Shown here piece after piece: positions 1-12,645 of a DNA stretch of 64,000 nt; the first letter of the stretch is position 1; every line of letters begins with the position of its first letter. The DNA lies in contig JAQGDQ010000112.1 of the NCBI GenBank assembly GCA_030141605.1, positions 62,001-126,000 on the forward strand. Direction: 5' to 3'. The translations under genes and the position numbers were made by a program. The DNA is from Tubiluchus corallicola (lineage: Eukaryota > Animalia > Priapulida). Under the pieces are notes generated by a model. That model saw only the letters and a list, made by a program, of their open reading frames with translations. It was not told the DNA's origin and searched no databases.

Positions 1-552
1 AACTGTGGACCCCCCCCCAACAAACGAAATCACACTAGCAGAAGCTTCAGCCTGGGCGCTCCAGTTACTAATATCATACCATTAAGACTATACCAAAAAA
101 ACTTTCAGTTGCAGAAGTAGCAACTTCCGAAATTTTCTTTCAGTTTTGTTGTGTGAAAATCTGTTCATGTAAAGCGCCTTTTTATCCGCGAGTATCGCAG
201 ATTTAAGAGATCCACATGCTCTTGTTTCTTGTTTTCTTAGGCGTCGAGTATTCTTAGACATCCTCATCTAAATCATCTTGCAAACGACAAGTTAATTTGG
301 GAACGCTGAGGCCTAGGGTCACAAAATTTGTAGGATAGACGGACGCCTGGGCTAAGGATTCAAACAATAGTATGTCTTTGGCTACACAGGAATCAAAACG
401 TGAAAATTAGAGCGAACTGTTCAGAGACACACCATAAATCGCGCTTAACCAGGCATAATCAAGTGCTAAATATGGTCATACACGCGTTCAAGTGCATTGT
501 CATGCTCGAGGATTTAGTTCTGAATTTATCTAGTGTTGTATATGTTCCACAG

Positions 553-747
553 GTGATTCAGTGCAGCGATCTTTTGACTGGCTCACTAACATAGTGAACG
601 TCTGTGATGAGAAGATGGGAGGTCCTTACAACAAGTGTAGCGGCGCATTTGAGAAAGGGAAGGCAAACTGCTTGAAAAAATTAAAAGTTGGAAAGCGATT
701 GTGCAACATTGTGGACATATTTGGCCCGATTTGCGAACCACTGAAGA
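553..747 (+). CDS. DCST2: DC-STAMP domain protein (DCST2-like), first exon in window; gene continues upstream
   Basis: ttccacag|G acceptor, A|gtaagc donor; encodes DSVQRSFDWLTNIVNVCDEKMGGPYNKCSGAFEKGKANCLKKLKVGKRLCNIVDIFGPICEPLK, the Cys-spaced extracellular region of DCST1/2; phase 1 matches the next exon. Confidence 0.85.
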
Positions 748-769
748 GTAAGCACTGTAGAAGAAATGA

Positions 770-800
770 GTGAGAGAGAGAGAAAGAGAGGGAGAGGAAT

Positions 801-890
<90 letters not shown>
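770..890. repeat. (GA)n microsatellite
   Basis: direct reading. Confidence 0.97.
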
Positions 891-893
<3 letters not shown>

Positions 894-1075
894 AACTGTA
901 ACTATTTAGCATACAACGTAAACAGCAAAAAAAAATTTGTAACTTTTTTAAGATGAGTAGCAAGAATATACCCGTGAAAACTAATTAACGATAATACTTA
1001 ATTAACAAATAATTACCTTTGTAGCTACTAAAATTGCTAAAGATAATTAATGCTGTTACTTTCTTAACAATAGTT

Positions 1076-2490
1076 TGGAAATTAGGCAGAAAACGTGGCA
1101 TAAATGGTTAAAGATAAAGAATTTGTGATTTAAGTGCAAAATTAAAGTTGAAACAGTCATAAGTTTGTTTAAAGCGGTCGTTCTGCCTACGTTACTGTAT
1201 GCCACCACAGCGTGGATATAGAGACAAATAACCACATTTGATGATCTTATGTATGACGTCCTCAAAGCTGCAGTGGGAGTGAGGTATAATCGACCCGAAA
1301 AAGAACTTGAATTATTATGTGGCAAACACGTAGTCCAAGTAAAATATTTTTAGAAAATTGTGAAAGGAGTTGAAATTTCAAACAACGAACGTTTAGCAAC
1401 AGTTTGTCAATTTGAAAATAGAATGTTATACAGCAAACCAGAGGCACAGAAATTTGTGGTGAATCGATGGCAACGAAAGTTACAACACAATATGTTATTA
1501 GCTGGCGAATTACCAGAAGTTATTCAAATTTTTACCAATGCATTAAGACTTCCCCGTGGTAAATATGACGGACAATAGAAGCCAGTGTCTTTTCCTTGTT
1601 GTTAGGTAGAGGATGTAGATCTTTCAATTACATGTTAAGATTAGTAGAAGATGATAAATGTCTGTGTTCTAACGTTCAAACACCGTAACATCTGATTCTT
1701 GATTGTCCTTTAATACATTACGAACTTAGAACATCATTACAAACTAAGATCAGTGGCAGAAGTTTAAAAAACATATACAGAAAATGTGATGAAAACGTAT
1801 TGAAAATTTATATGAAAATAGTAAAAGAATTAATCAGAATGAATTTGATAAGTAATTAAAATCGGTTATTGGTGTCAAATGCTTTGTAAACATATTGATC
1901 TGTATAAATTCCTCGTATAGCTACTGTTCATAACAATAATGATGTAGTTCGGCAAATTGTATACAGTTGTAGCGAACAAAAAACATTGTGGGGAAAAATT
2001 TAATTGTGTATATAATGGTAAGAATTTGAGCTTAAGTTGATACATGTAACATGTAAAGCCCTAAACTATGATGTGGGTAATTAGTGATCATGTTATCATG
2101 GTAGCGTAGACATGTAATTAATATTATTTTGGTTATATACATGCAAAGCGTTTACATACAAGATTACTACAACGTGTTTTGTATACGCGTATAGGAACAT
2201 ATATATTTATATGCCATCTGTATTACATAAGCATTATATATATATATAAAATTATATATAACTGTATATATTCACACAGTTATATAATTATATATAAATG
2301 TGTGAAGAAATGTATTTATTTGTAACAAACTGGTTAAATGTAAGCTAACCTACTCGTAGTGTAACTGCAATATTAAGTATTAATTAGGTATAATAATCTG
2401 TAATATTTGTAATACTATGTAACTTCTGCCCTGCAAATAGAGGGCTTGATTTACAATGATTTTTTTCTAAATAAAAGATTTATGATAATA
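1076..2490 (+). mobile_element. 5'-truncated, decayed non-LTR retrotransposon (same family as 52558-53971)
   Basis: broken ORF KTWHKWLKIK..LFKAVVLPTLLYATTAW..FDDLMYDVLKAAVG..ELELLCG and CLCSNVQTP*HLILDC align by eye with the 52561 ORF; 3' UTR ends AATAAAAGATTTATGATAATA. Confidence 0.85.
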
Positions 2491-2700
2491 AGTAATTAGC
2501 AAGTAATTAGATTTAAGCTGATTAAATTCTTAAATATAATTAGCAATGTTACTTAATTAACAAATAATTGTTAGTTTGGCCAAGAAAATTGTTAAACACA
2601 TTTAAGGATTTTACTTAGTTAGCAAATAATTAGATCTTAACTGTTTTAGTTACTTAAGTGTTTCAAACTATCAAATTATCTCATTTCTATATACTTTCAG

Positions 2701-2766
2701 TTATTAAGATGTTTTGTAGCTTTCCCTCAGAGGTCATCAGGGTTGTTGCTGGGCCTATCAAAGCAA
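2701..2766 (+). CDS. DCST2: DCST2-like exon
   Basis: ctttcag| acceptor, |gtaagt donor; (I)IKMFCSFPSEVIRVVAGPIKA; phases 1/1 keep the frame. Confidence 0.8.
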
Positions 2767-2899
2767 GTAAGTATGGTTTCACTGATGAGGCAGGAAAATG
2801 TGCAATGTTAGCTATACTAATGATTATTGGTGTTTTGTAATATTTCTCAGAAGTCATTAAACATATGACATTGAACAAAAGAGACATCTTAATCTTAGC

Positions 2900-3000
2900 A
2901 TACAGCGCCAAGTATGGCAAATATGAACATTTCCCGGCGATTGCCCGTCCAATTACTGACCAATTTCAGCACTGCTTAACTTTGGTCATGGAATGTACAT
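2900..3000 (-). mobile_element. 5S-rRNA-like SINE relic or 5S pseudogene fragment
   Basis: tacagcgcc..ttcccggcgattgcccgtccaattactgacc..ctgcttaacttt resembles the reverse complement of the 5S 3' half; a similar stretch lies at about 26095-26160. Confidence 0.45.
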
Positions 3001-3109
3001 GACTCCCTAGTTACCACTCACTCCAGTATAAAAAAGTAGCACAAATTCATATGGCAGTTTATTTAGGATAATCAATTTTCATCCACAACTTACTTTAGAA
3101 GCTTTAATT

Positions 3110-3470
3110 GCAGTTTCGTTGTGAGCCCGTGCAGTTCTACAGGTCAAAGGCTAAGTGTACAGCAGCAACGGTAAACTACAGCCGTTAAGGCACATGGGTA
3201 AAGTAAAACCGTCCGCTGCATCAGTTCAGTAACTTCAGTTGTTTTACGTGGACTTTACTTAGTTATGCATTAGTCTGTGCGTAGAGTGAGAGTGATTTAC
3301 TAGCAGGATCTTTCTTGGGAACAAGAAAAATGAACTAGGGAAGATTCTATTTAGCTGTTAAAACTGTTAAAACTAGTCTGCGAGACGTTGTCAACTGTAC
3401 ACAAATGCATTGTCTGATACACTTAACCTCTGACCTTTCCACGACCATCATCAATCGCTGGAACTGTGAA
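3110..3470. mobile_element. ~360-bp MITE-like dispersed repeat, copy 1
   Basis: co-linear with 13525-13887; subterminal inverted repeat GGTCAAAGGCTAAGTGTA / TACACTTAACCTCTGACC. Confidence 0.7.
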
Positions 3471-3496
3471 AGGTTTATCAGTAATGTATATTTTAG

Positions 3497-3654
3497 AAAT
3501 TTCCCAGGCAATTGATGATATCTATGAGATGTTTTACGTGAATGTTACGATTGTTTATCAATACAATCTCAAACTGGAACAAACTCAGACTTTTGACGAG
3601 ATACGGAGTAAAATCATGCAAGAAATAAGAGAACGAACTGATGCTTTCATGCAG
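3497..3654 (+). CDS. DCST2: DCST2-like exon
   Basis: ttttag| ... CAG|gtaatt; (K)ISQAIDDIYEMFYVNVTIVYQYNLKLEQTQTFDEIRSKIMQEIRERTDAFMQ, with an FxVNVT motif typical of the family. Confidence 0.85.
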
Positions 3655-4180
3655 GTAATTAATGGTGGATGGTCTCTTTATGACTTGATGCGAAGATGCT
3701 CAGATGTAAGATGATGTAGAATTGTAGATTACATAGCACGGAACTGTTGACAAACATTAACATAACTACACATTCAAGTTATTTGAGTGTACGTTTCACA
3801 GCCTCCTAAGTGGTTTCCTTTCCTACTTGTTTTCTTTGTTCTTCTTTTTCTTTACTCTTTTCTGTGTCCTCCGTTTTTTCTTTCTTTCTTTCCTCTCATT
3901 CTTTTGCTTGTTGTTTCTTTTTTTCTATCTATCTATTTTATTGCATTTGTTTTTCTTTTCTTTTTTACCTTTTTTCATATATTTCCTTTTTTTCTTGATA
4001 TTTGTACGTATATTAAAACAGTATAAAAGAGAAGTCAGCCGTCGCAAGCGCCCATACGCTGGTCCTATAAAACAAGAAATGACGCCAAACAGTAGACAAA
4101 ATTGGTTACAACTCATTAAAAAGCTTCAGTTAAATGATAACTAAAGATATATTACATGCACTATACAACACGTTATATGC

Positions 4181-4448
<268 letters not shown>

Positions 4449-4489
4449 GTTTGGATAAGCATGTTTTGGATAAAGTTTCAATTAGGCAA

Positions 4490-4960
4490 GATATTAACGT
4501 TATCTAATCGATTGCTAAAAACTGAAAAACTATTAGCATCAACTGCATAAAATCCAGAGCATTCCAAATGTTTACAACTCTGTTAGCAAATGAGAATTTT
4601 GATACGTTTAATATCAAAAAAGACGTAACCCCGTTTAAAGTTGTGACCACACAATTGATTGGTTGTAGCATAATGAAAAAAGTCATCAAAATTTGAACCC
4701 ACCATTTTATGAGAAATTTTGTATACCATCTTAAGACCATAAACAAGGCGTCAATTTTAGTTCCGATAGCGTGTCTAAATAAGAAACATAATTACACTGA
4801 CATCGTTGGTACAGCTTACGAGAAAAATATCTTTGAGCATTTTCATTGCTGTAAACATCTTGTACATGGTGTCTGAACCACACTGATGAGCTATACTTCA
4901 ACAAGAGACCCAGATAAGTTTTCTAAGCAGTTCAATTTTAATGTAGAAACACCGAAAAGT
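4490..4960 (-). mobile_element. CR1-type LINE 3' fragment
   Basis: minus-strand peptides LLKYSSSVW..ENAQRYFSRKL and FSFANRVVNIWNAL, typical CR1 ORF2 C-terminus. Confidence 0.75.
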
Positions 4961-5009
4961 AAAATTTTACCATTGTTCTCCTAACCACTATAGAAGCTTT
5001 CATTTTTAG

Positions 5010-5251
5010 GCACTGGGCTGGTCTAACACGAGCATTGGAATAGGGATTCTACTCCTGGCTTTCAAAGCTTGGTTCTACAAACGCAGATACTTGATCAGGG
5101 ACTCATTCGACAATCGTTACATCAACTTTAACTTCCGCGACATCGACGAGAGGCGAGAGGAGATGGGAAAAGAGACTCTTCTACCTCTAAAGAATAGGGA
5201 AAGAAGAAAATACGTCAAGACCTTCTCGCTCCAAATGGCAAGAAATGAAAA
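5010..5251 (+). CDS. DCST2: DCST2-like exon (not in the ORF track)
   Basis: tttttag| ... AA|gtgag; ALGWSNTSIGIGILLLAFKAWFYKRRYLIRDSFDNRYINFNFRDIDERREEMGKETLLPLKNRERRKYVKTFSLQMARNE carries the DC-STAMP signature YL..D.FDN.YI...F..ID..R...G...LLPL. Confidence 0.93.
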
Positions 5252-5284
5252 GTGAGATTTGCAATAAACAAAAATCAGTTTATA

Positions 5285-5512
5285 CAGGGGTTTCAAAAAG
5301 AAATGCAATAGAAATAGGACAAAATTAATCTGGGCTTCTGCATTACAATATCATTATAATGCAAAAAGTACTGCTATATTTTTACAGCGACTACGTTATA
5401 ATTTTGCTAGCACATAACTGTCCATACAACTAGACATTTATTACTTTGTTTGGTGTAAAATTGGTATACTAATAATATTTGCTAGTGCACTGTTTTTTTG
5501 GATTATCTGTCA
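5285..5512. mobile_element. mariner-type MITE (TA-CAGGGTGTT family)
   Basis: TA|CAGGGGTTTCAAAAAGAAATGCAATAGAAA end is shared with 10413 and 28063; right end is degenerate. Confidence 0.55.
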
Positions 5513-5699
5513 TTATAACCATGATTAGCTTATTATGGAATTATTTAGTTTGAGAAAGCGACAGAGGGAGAGAGAAGAGAAGTAGGGAGGGAAATTTGCT
5601 TTGATTTTTATTTGATACGTTCATTGCAAACTACAGCTCATTTTACTCTGGGTTTACTGTATATTTTACTGTGAGTTTATTGTTAAGTTTATTGTGTAT

Positions 5700-5732
<33 letters not shown>

Positions 5733-5733
<1 letters not shown>

Positions 5734-8700
5734 CCGATTCTATTGTTAAACACATTACAACCTCTCCCTAATAATAAGTTGAAAGCAATGGTTTCAATAA
5801 CACGTTCATTTCTTGTTATTTGCAGATCTAAAGGTTTTGTGCAAACTTTAACTTCTTCAAAAGGGTTTCCAGCTAACTGGTTACAATGCAACCGTTTTCT
5901 TTTCCATAGAAACTCCAAGAATTTTTGATTTCTTTCTTTGAGTATTTTAAATTGTCTTGTGGAATTGACTGTAACATTTCATTTCCATTTGCGTTTAGAC
6001 CATTAACGATTTTTAAGAATAATCTAGTCTTATTTAGGTGTTCTGCCAGGAAATGGTTCCAATATTCAGCACTGATGTAATTCTCATCCGCCTTAATTAG
6101 TTCTTTCTGACTAAGTCATCTGCAGGTAAAGTAAGTAATTTCAATACTGACTTAACAGATAAAACGGAATAAATAACATCCATTGATGGTAGTCCTGTAA
6201 TTAATTCAGTTTCAATTTTTGGAGGATTAAAACCTACTCCTGTTGCCGTTTTTAATACATCATATCGTATATCGTCAAAAGCTGTGATGTTCTTTGCTAT
6301 CGAAGCGTACAAAATCGTTGGAAGTACCATGATATTAAAAAGTCTCAAAATTGTCTTCATATGCAAACCTTTGTGCCGGAAACAAAACTGCTTTATCTGG
6401 TGCCATGTTTTCCATGCCCTTTTCCTGGTATCTAGCACGTGAGTGTTAAAATTTAATTGATTATCCACTGTGACACCCAGCACTTTGCTTTTTCTTACAT
6501 AGTCAATAGGATTATTTCCAAATTTGAGGTTTGGTGGGTCTGGTTCCCAATTCAAAATTTTTGAGTTCTTGTACAAAATGGCTTCAGTTTTGTTTTTGGT
6601 TTATGTTCGTCTGCCACTTCTTACACCAAGTGTACAGTTTATCACAACATTTTCGTGCTTTTAAATAACATTCATAGTTTGTGTCAGCTGTGACTAGCAA
6701 AGAACCATCATCTGCATATTTAAATTTTTCACAGCATACTTCATCATCTATTGAATCAAACGTGTCAATAACATACAGTAATGGTGACAAAACGGAACCT
6801 TGTGGGAGACCCAACTGACAATTGTACTTTGGAGATGTATGACCATTAATACGTGAAACAATATTCTTATTTTTTAAAAATTTACTGATAAGACACAACA
6901 TGTTTCCTTTAATACCATATTGATACAACTTGTACAATAGCCCCTTTATCCAAACACTGTCGAAAGCTTTTTGAAAGTCGCAAAGAATTGCAATGCAGCT
7001 TCTTTAAGTAAATTTGTTCTGAAATAAGCAGAAATAAGCCTGAACAAGTAGCGTACTGTACTGTGTCTGGGCCTGAAGCCTTCTTGCTCATCATCAATAA
7101 TATCATATGTATTGCAAAATTGTCTTACACGATTTTCAAGAAGCTTTTCTGCTAGTTTTCCATAGTAGGAGGAAATGCTGATAGGCCTATAATTATTAGG
7201 ATCACTATAATCGGACTTGCCATTCTTTTTAATAAATTTAACCTTTGAGTCATTCCATGGCCAAATATTGCTGTCTAGGCAAATGTTGACTATATTGAGA
7301 AAGGTGGCTTTAACCCAAAATCCCATGTTTTCTATCATTAGCGGGTGAAATCCATGAATGTCTATGCTCTTGTTATTATCGCATTATTTGGTTCCCTCAT
7401 GTTAAACCTATCATTAAGCCATGTATGCTCCACAATTATTTGTTGGTCAATTTGTTAGTCAACAATTTCCTCGGTGTCTTCAAACCACGCATTAACAAAG
7501 GAATTGGGATTTATATGTTCTCCACTAAAAAATGTTTTGTACATGAGTTTACTTTTGTCATCATCACTTATGTAATCTTTACCCTGCACTTTTAGGTTTT
7601 CTATTTCGTTAATGGATTTAGTTTCAAAAACGCTTTATATGTTTTCCAGAATTCTTTGCCTTGTGCGACATTTAAATTTTCGATATTTTTTTCAATCCAC
7701 TTATTCATTTCTAAATGCAGCGCGTCACTAAACTCTGCCTTGGCTTCCACATAAGATTGCTTGTTTTCGTAATTGGACAGCTGCAGGTAATTTTTCCTGC
7801 AAAGCCTCACTTTATTACTTAATTTTGTTAATTGACTAGAACAGAAAGGTTTGCTTAATTTTATCATTTTCTTATTTAGTGCTTCTTCGTTTGCATTTTC
7901 TATGAGCTTTCGGAGCTGTACCCAAGCACTCTGAACATCTTTGGCCTGAATAAGTTGATCTAGTTAATGAAATTCTTCTCTTATTTTATGTTCCAGAACA
8001 CCTGACCATCTGTACCAATCACTATTCTTAAAATCGTACACATAACGAACTACTTTATTATTTTCCGATAGTTTACATTTAATTTTACTTATAACAACAA
8101 AGTGGCCCATTTGGGGTGCTGCCGAAAGAGCTCTGTATCTTTCTCTACATATTGCTGACAAAGTTGGGCAGAAAGTTTTGCGTAGCTAATACAACATTAA
8201 TTGTACTGTAACCTGTTGCAGAAATGAATGTGGGTTCGTTTGGCGTACTAATGGCGTGCTCACCATTGGCCTGATTTAAGAAGTTGTGAAGTTGTATATC
8301 ATGTTCATTGTCAATCCTATCCCAGAGAATATTACGGGCGTTTAGATCGCCTGTAGGCGCCATACTGTATATACCGTGTTTGCTGCCAAAGGAAGCTGCT
8401 TTCTTGAACATTAATAACCGTTTTTTCATTTGTTCCGGTGAATTTGGCTTTATATATACAGATCCTATTAACATTTTAGTATGCGGCGTGTTTAAGATAC
8501 AACATCTAAATCTGAATTGCTTGCATCTGATAAATACATCATGTTACTGGCAATATTTTCTTTTATATACAAGGCTACTCCACCAGAGTAATTGTTCGCG
8601 GCTTCTTTGAAGTAACCTTTGTAACTTGTTAAGTTTGTTTGTAAATTTTTAGTGATTTTCGTTTCCTGTACTGCCACTGCATCAAAAGACATACTGTTTG

Positions 8701-9206
8701 CGTGATTATCTAAAGCTAATCTCGATCTACCTGACATATTGTTTATATTGATTTGACAAATAGTAATCGAATCTTGCAAATTCCCCATTTTATGCATAAT
8801 TACTTAGTCGTTTGGCTTCATTTACGTAAAGTGCACAACTTCTGTCCCATGCCGCGTGCGATTCGCCACAGTTTGCACACTTTAACTGTTCTGAAGTATA
8901 CTCGTTTGATTCATGCTTTCCTGAGCATTTTCCACATGCGGAGCCTCTAGTACACCAGTTCGCAATGTGTTTGTACACCTGACACTTAAAACATCTGAGT
9001 GGTCTTCTCTTAGGAGCAAACTCTTCTACCGAGCAAATCGTTTGACCGATTGGTATGCTTTCCTGCACCGCTTTTGTGAGATAATCTCCTGTCTGGAACG
9101 TAACTTTCACTAATGGCAAGTTTTCTCGTCTTTTCTTTTGAAGCGTTAAATCTGGATGTTGTCATAGTATCTTTCTACATCAGCGCGTTTTTGTGCGTCA
9201 CTCAAG
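5733..9206 (-). mobile_element. decayed APE-RT non-LTR retrotransposon: ORF1 3' half with CCHC knuckles plus frameshifted ORF2, truncated at both ends
   Basis: ORF1 CFKCQVYKHIANWC/CGKCSGKH/CANCGESHAAWDRSC; APE ICQININN..AVQETK, GSVY, GDLNAR; RT YRPISISSYYGK, QEGFRPRHST, GLPQGSVLSPLLY, YADD; no RNase H seen; bounded by (GA)n at 5699-5732 and 9207-9276. Confidence 0.95.
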
Positions 9207-9208
9207 CG

Positions 9209-9280
<72 letters not shown>

Positions 9281-9429
9281 GCAGGGAAGTGTGACAGCAA
9301 GGAACAGAGTTTGTAACACTGTAACATTGTAAGCCCAATGTATGCTGAAAGGAACTCCAATTTGGAGAATGATTAGTAGAAATCATAGATTAACGATGTT
9401 TGCAATTTATTATTGTTTATTTTTAACAG

Positions 9430-9566
9430 GATTAAATTGTTTACTGGGATTGTTGTTTACATCGGCACATGTATTCACTTGATGTTCTACATGTCTGCTG
9501 ACTTTATGTTGTTCTGGGTATTGAACATGATCAAAACACATTCTGACGTAAACGTAAAGACGGACA
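9430..9566 (+). CDS. DCST2: DCST2-like exon (TM helix)
   Basis: ttttaacag| ... A|gtaagt; IKLFTGIVVYIGTCIHLMFYMSADFMLFWVLNMIKTHSDVNVKTD; phases 2/1 fit its neighbours. Confidence 0.9.
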
Positions 9567-10412
9567 GTAAGTTTTTCTTTAACTATAATGGTAATTATCA
9601 ATCCTTTAATAAAATGTTTAATTTAATGAATTCAACACACTTTACTTTTCGCTGCTTTGGTGCCAAGTTTTAAATTTATGTGTTAGTGAGTATGCGTTTT
9701 AATTCTGTAGCTTATAAGATGGACATTTGTTATAAGACTGTTAATTTTATAGTGTATTTTCCCCGTGTTAATGTCAATAAGTAAACAAACTAACTAGGGA
9801 CGAAAGCAAAGTGAATGCAGATATACTGCATATTTTGATCTGTCTTTAGACTTAATGATTATTAATCCAATTTTATAAAGTTTAAGTTGTTGGACATACT
9901 AGATTTTCATCAAGGTAGCAATAATGTGCTTTTGTCATCACAGGCAGGCAGACTATTGCCTATTTCCTGCACAATCACCCAGTATCTTCAACTGTGTTGC
10001 ATTTCAGTTAAACCAGGGATAGCATAAACACATAATTGTAACCTTGGCAAGGACACTTTGCTTTTAATAAATTAACTGGAGATCGACCAAAGTACAGTTT
10101 TTATTTTACATAAAAATCTCTGGAGCGCACTCTAGTTTTCGACAAAGCAACAATTTGGCTGTTAGTAAAGTAACAAGATTGTTGAAAAGTAATAGTGATG
10201 GCAGACTTTTTTTTGCATAAATTATTATTGTTTTATTATTATTATAACAAAAAAAATTTACCATTTTTCTTACAAATTTTGACAAACTTTTTTGCAACAA
10301 CTTTGGTCTATTTATACTTATTTCTATTCAAAAATTAAAACATCTCATATAAACATCGTATATATTTGCCTAATAAGACGAATTACATACTTTATTAAAT
10401 TATATATATATA

Positions 10413-10637
10413 TAGGGTGTTAAAGAAGGAAAATGCAATAGAAACGTTATGACAATAAGTTTCGACTTCTCTTCTGCAGTGTAATAATGCAGTAGTTTTA
10501 CGTCATTATTTCAATTTTCCTACGCTGTAGCTTGCATGACAGCTCTTACCAGATGGCTGCAATACAGTTCTTTGTATGGTGCAGCATTGTTATGTTTACA
10601 ACAATTGTTACTTCACCGTTTCTTTTGTAACACCCTG
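10413..10637. mobile_element. mariner-type MITE with both TIRs and TA target duplication
   Basis: TA|TAGGGTGTTAAAGAAGGAAA ... TTTCTTTTGTAACACCCTG|TA. Confidence 0.75.
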
Positions 10638-10645
10638 TACTTTAG

Positions 10646-10825
10646 CACCAGGTTACACTAGGATGGCCGTGGAAGGTCACGGATTACTTGCTGACATATT
10701 TCGTTTGATGGTATCATCGTTTGATCCTATGACCGTGGCAAAGCAGTTTAAAGGAAAAGGTGTTGGGGCGGGTCAATGTCTACCTACCCCTGCTGTTCCT
10801 GATATACCCAGGTATATTCACATAG
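10646..10825 (+). CDS. DCST2: DCST2-like exon
   Basis: ctttag| ... G|gtatgt; PGYTRMAVEGHGLLADIFRLMVSSFDP...QCLPTPAVPDIPRYIHI with family motifs V.G.G..ADI and CLP.P..PD. Confidence 0.9.
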
Positions 10826-11085
10826 GTATGTAGGCCCACAGGTGTAGCCTTCTGATGAAATCCAAACACTATCATATTAATTTGCATTAAATTTTCACTG
10901 TTTTAATTAATGAAAATTTCCCATATTTGTACCATTGCACCGTTGAAGCTGTGAGGGTTTCCCTGTTTGATCCAACAGAGTTTCCTGCATTTTTCAAGTA
11001 TTTATTTGCTAGTTTTCCTAGATTTCTGCAGAGCGTGCCTAAAAATTTTGCAATGATATGTGCAATTGATTGCACATTTTTATAT

Positions 11086-12101
11086 CAGGTGGCGCAAAAA
11101 TATGTTTAAGTTTCGAGCACAATTATTATAAGCAGGAACTAATGAAATAGCTTGAAAACCATCGCGCTGTCACAGGTGTCTAGTTACAAAATGAAATATT
11201 TTAGGTTATGGCCTTAGACATTTCCAAAGATATAGAACTTTTAAAACAACAACTCAAAAAAGAAATACTGGAAAAAAATCGTATGTTACTGTTGTTAAAA
11301 TTAGCAGTAATTATTCTGTGTGTCCATTGCAAACTAGACGAAGACAGTTGATACAGTTTCTCACGTCTTGAAGGGATATTTGATCCCAGCACTCAACAAT
11401 TTTTGCTTTGCTTCCTCTTCATCAAGCGGCTCTGTTTCTCTTTAAAGGAATTCCAGACAGCGGTTTAGTCTAGAGAATTAAGTACTATGTTTTTCTTGAT
11501 ATTAAATCTTTATAAGTGCTTTATTTTTTATGGTGGAGAGCATGATTTTGCTGCCATGTGTTAAGTGCCAATTGATGCTTTAATAGACATTGTTCCGGCA
11601 TTTAAATTTTTAACAGGCAGAAGTTTTTAGGCTATAGCTTGAAAACTGCTAAGAATATAAATTTGTAACTTTCACAGCCAAAAGTTAATATTATCAGCCA
11701 GTGAAGTTTCCTCTTTGTAGGCTCTTGCTTCTAATATTTTCACCTCTAATATTATCTAGTTTCTTTTAACTGTAGTCTAAACTTCGGCCACAAGATATAT
11801 ATTTCACGCACTTGATGAAGAACTAGCCTTCATGTTTTTTGTTTAAACTATTCTAGATACGAAGACAGATCTTCCCTAAAAATGACTGAACTTTTGTCGA
11901 TACGTTTGTTTAGTAGTTTTGCTGAGGAGGATTGCTGAAGCATTTCATGTTTTTCAAAATCAATATTAAATTGTGTTTTTTATGATGATGAAGCCATGTT
12001 TTCTTACGAGAAGTGTTAAAAGGTTATCTTGACATTCTTTGCTTCTAATATCTGTTATTTAGTTTCAGTTCGCAATTTACAATGAATAGTCACGCCACCT
12101 G
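11086..12101 (-). mobile_element. non-autonomous maT/DD37D-like Tc1-mariner derivative
   Basis: short TIR CAGGTGGCG ... CGCCACCTG; 11200-11800 is an inverted, diverged copy of 19390-19772 plus 20691-20920, which carries transposase C-terminal motifs. Confidence 0.55.
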
Positions 12102-12645
12102 AGCTTTATTTATAAAATCTTCATTTATTATGTTATGTTTACAGTTGATCTAATTATTAATAAAAACTGGATACAGGGTTATAGTGATAACAGCCAAAAT
12201 TTGTTGAAATATAGAAAGCTGGAAAAGGTTAATTAGTAAAATTAATTAATTAATTAATTTTGTGTTTAAAAGAGCATTGGTAAAACATTCACCGTGAAGA
12301 TGAAATTCCCTTCACAATGAATTTATAACTTCATTTGAAACCACAAATTCGGTTGGCAGGCCTATTAAATCTTTATGTTAAGTGCATAGCCTATAAGTTA
12401 TGCCTTACGCTTTGTAAATTGTGTTGGCTTTCTTAAATAACTGTTTACATACAGCAGTCCGCCCGCAAGTTAGATGTAACCTTAACTTAAAGTTACTATT
12501 AACTGGCTATTAACTTTAGCCAGCTTTACTGGTATTGATAATATGAAATTTTTTTCGTTAGACGGCGACATCTGCTTATTTAGCCAAGTATTTTTACAAT
12601 GTCGTCCGCCAGATGACGCTTAACAACTGTAATTCGTCTTGTTAG

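Noticed and set aside
2782-2800. CTGATGAG motifs here, at 4883, at 62381 and on minus near 63835 as hammerhead cores
   Set aside because: No stem II followed by GAAA with compatible stems I and III
3787-4026. Phe-rich membrane protein ORFs
   Set aside because: Pyrimidine-rich low-complexity intron sequence, open in several frames
11442-11460. TTAAAGGAATTCC as a Kolobok terminus (mirrored at about 19770)
   Set aside because: It is the WNSLK coding segment inside the maT-like remnant, and homology continues on both sides
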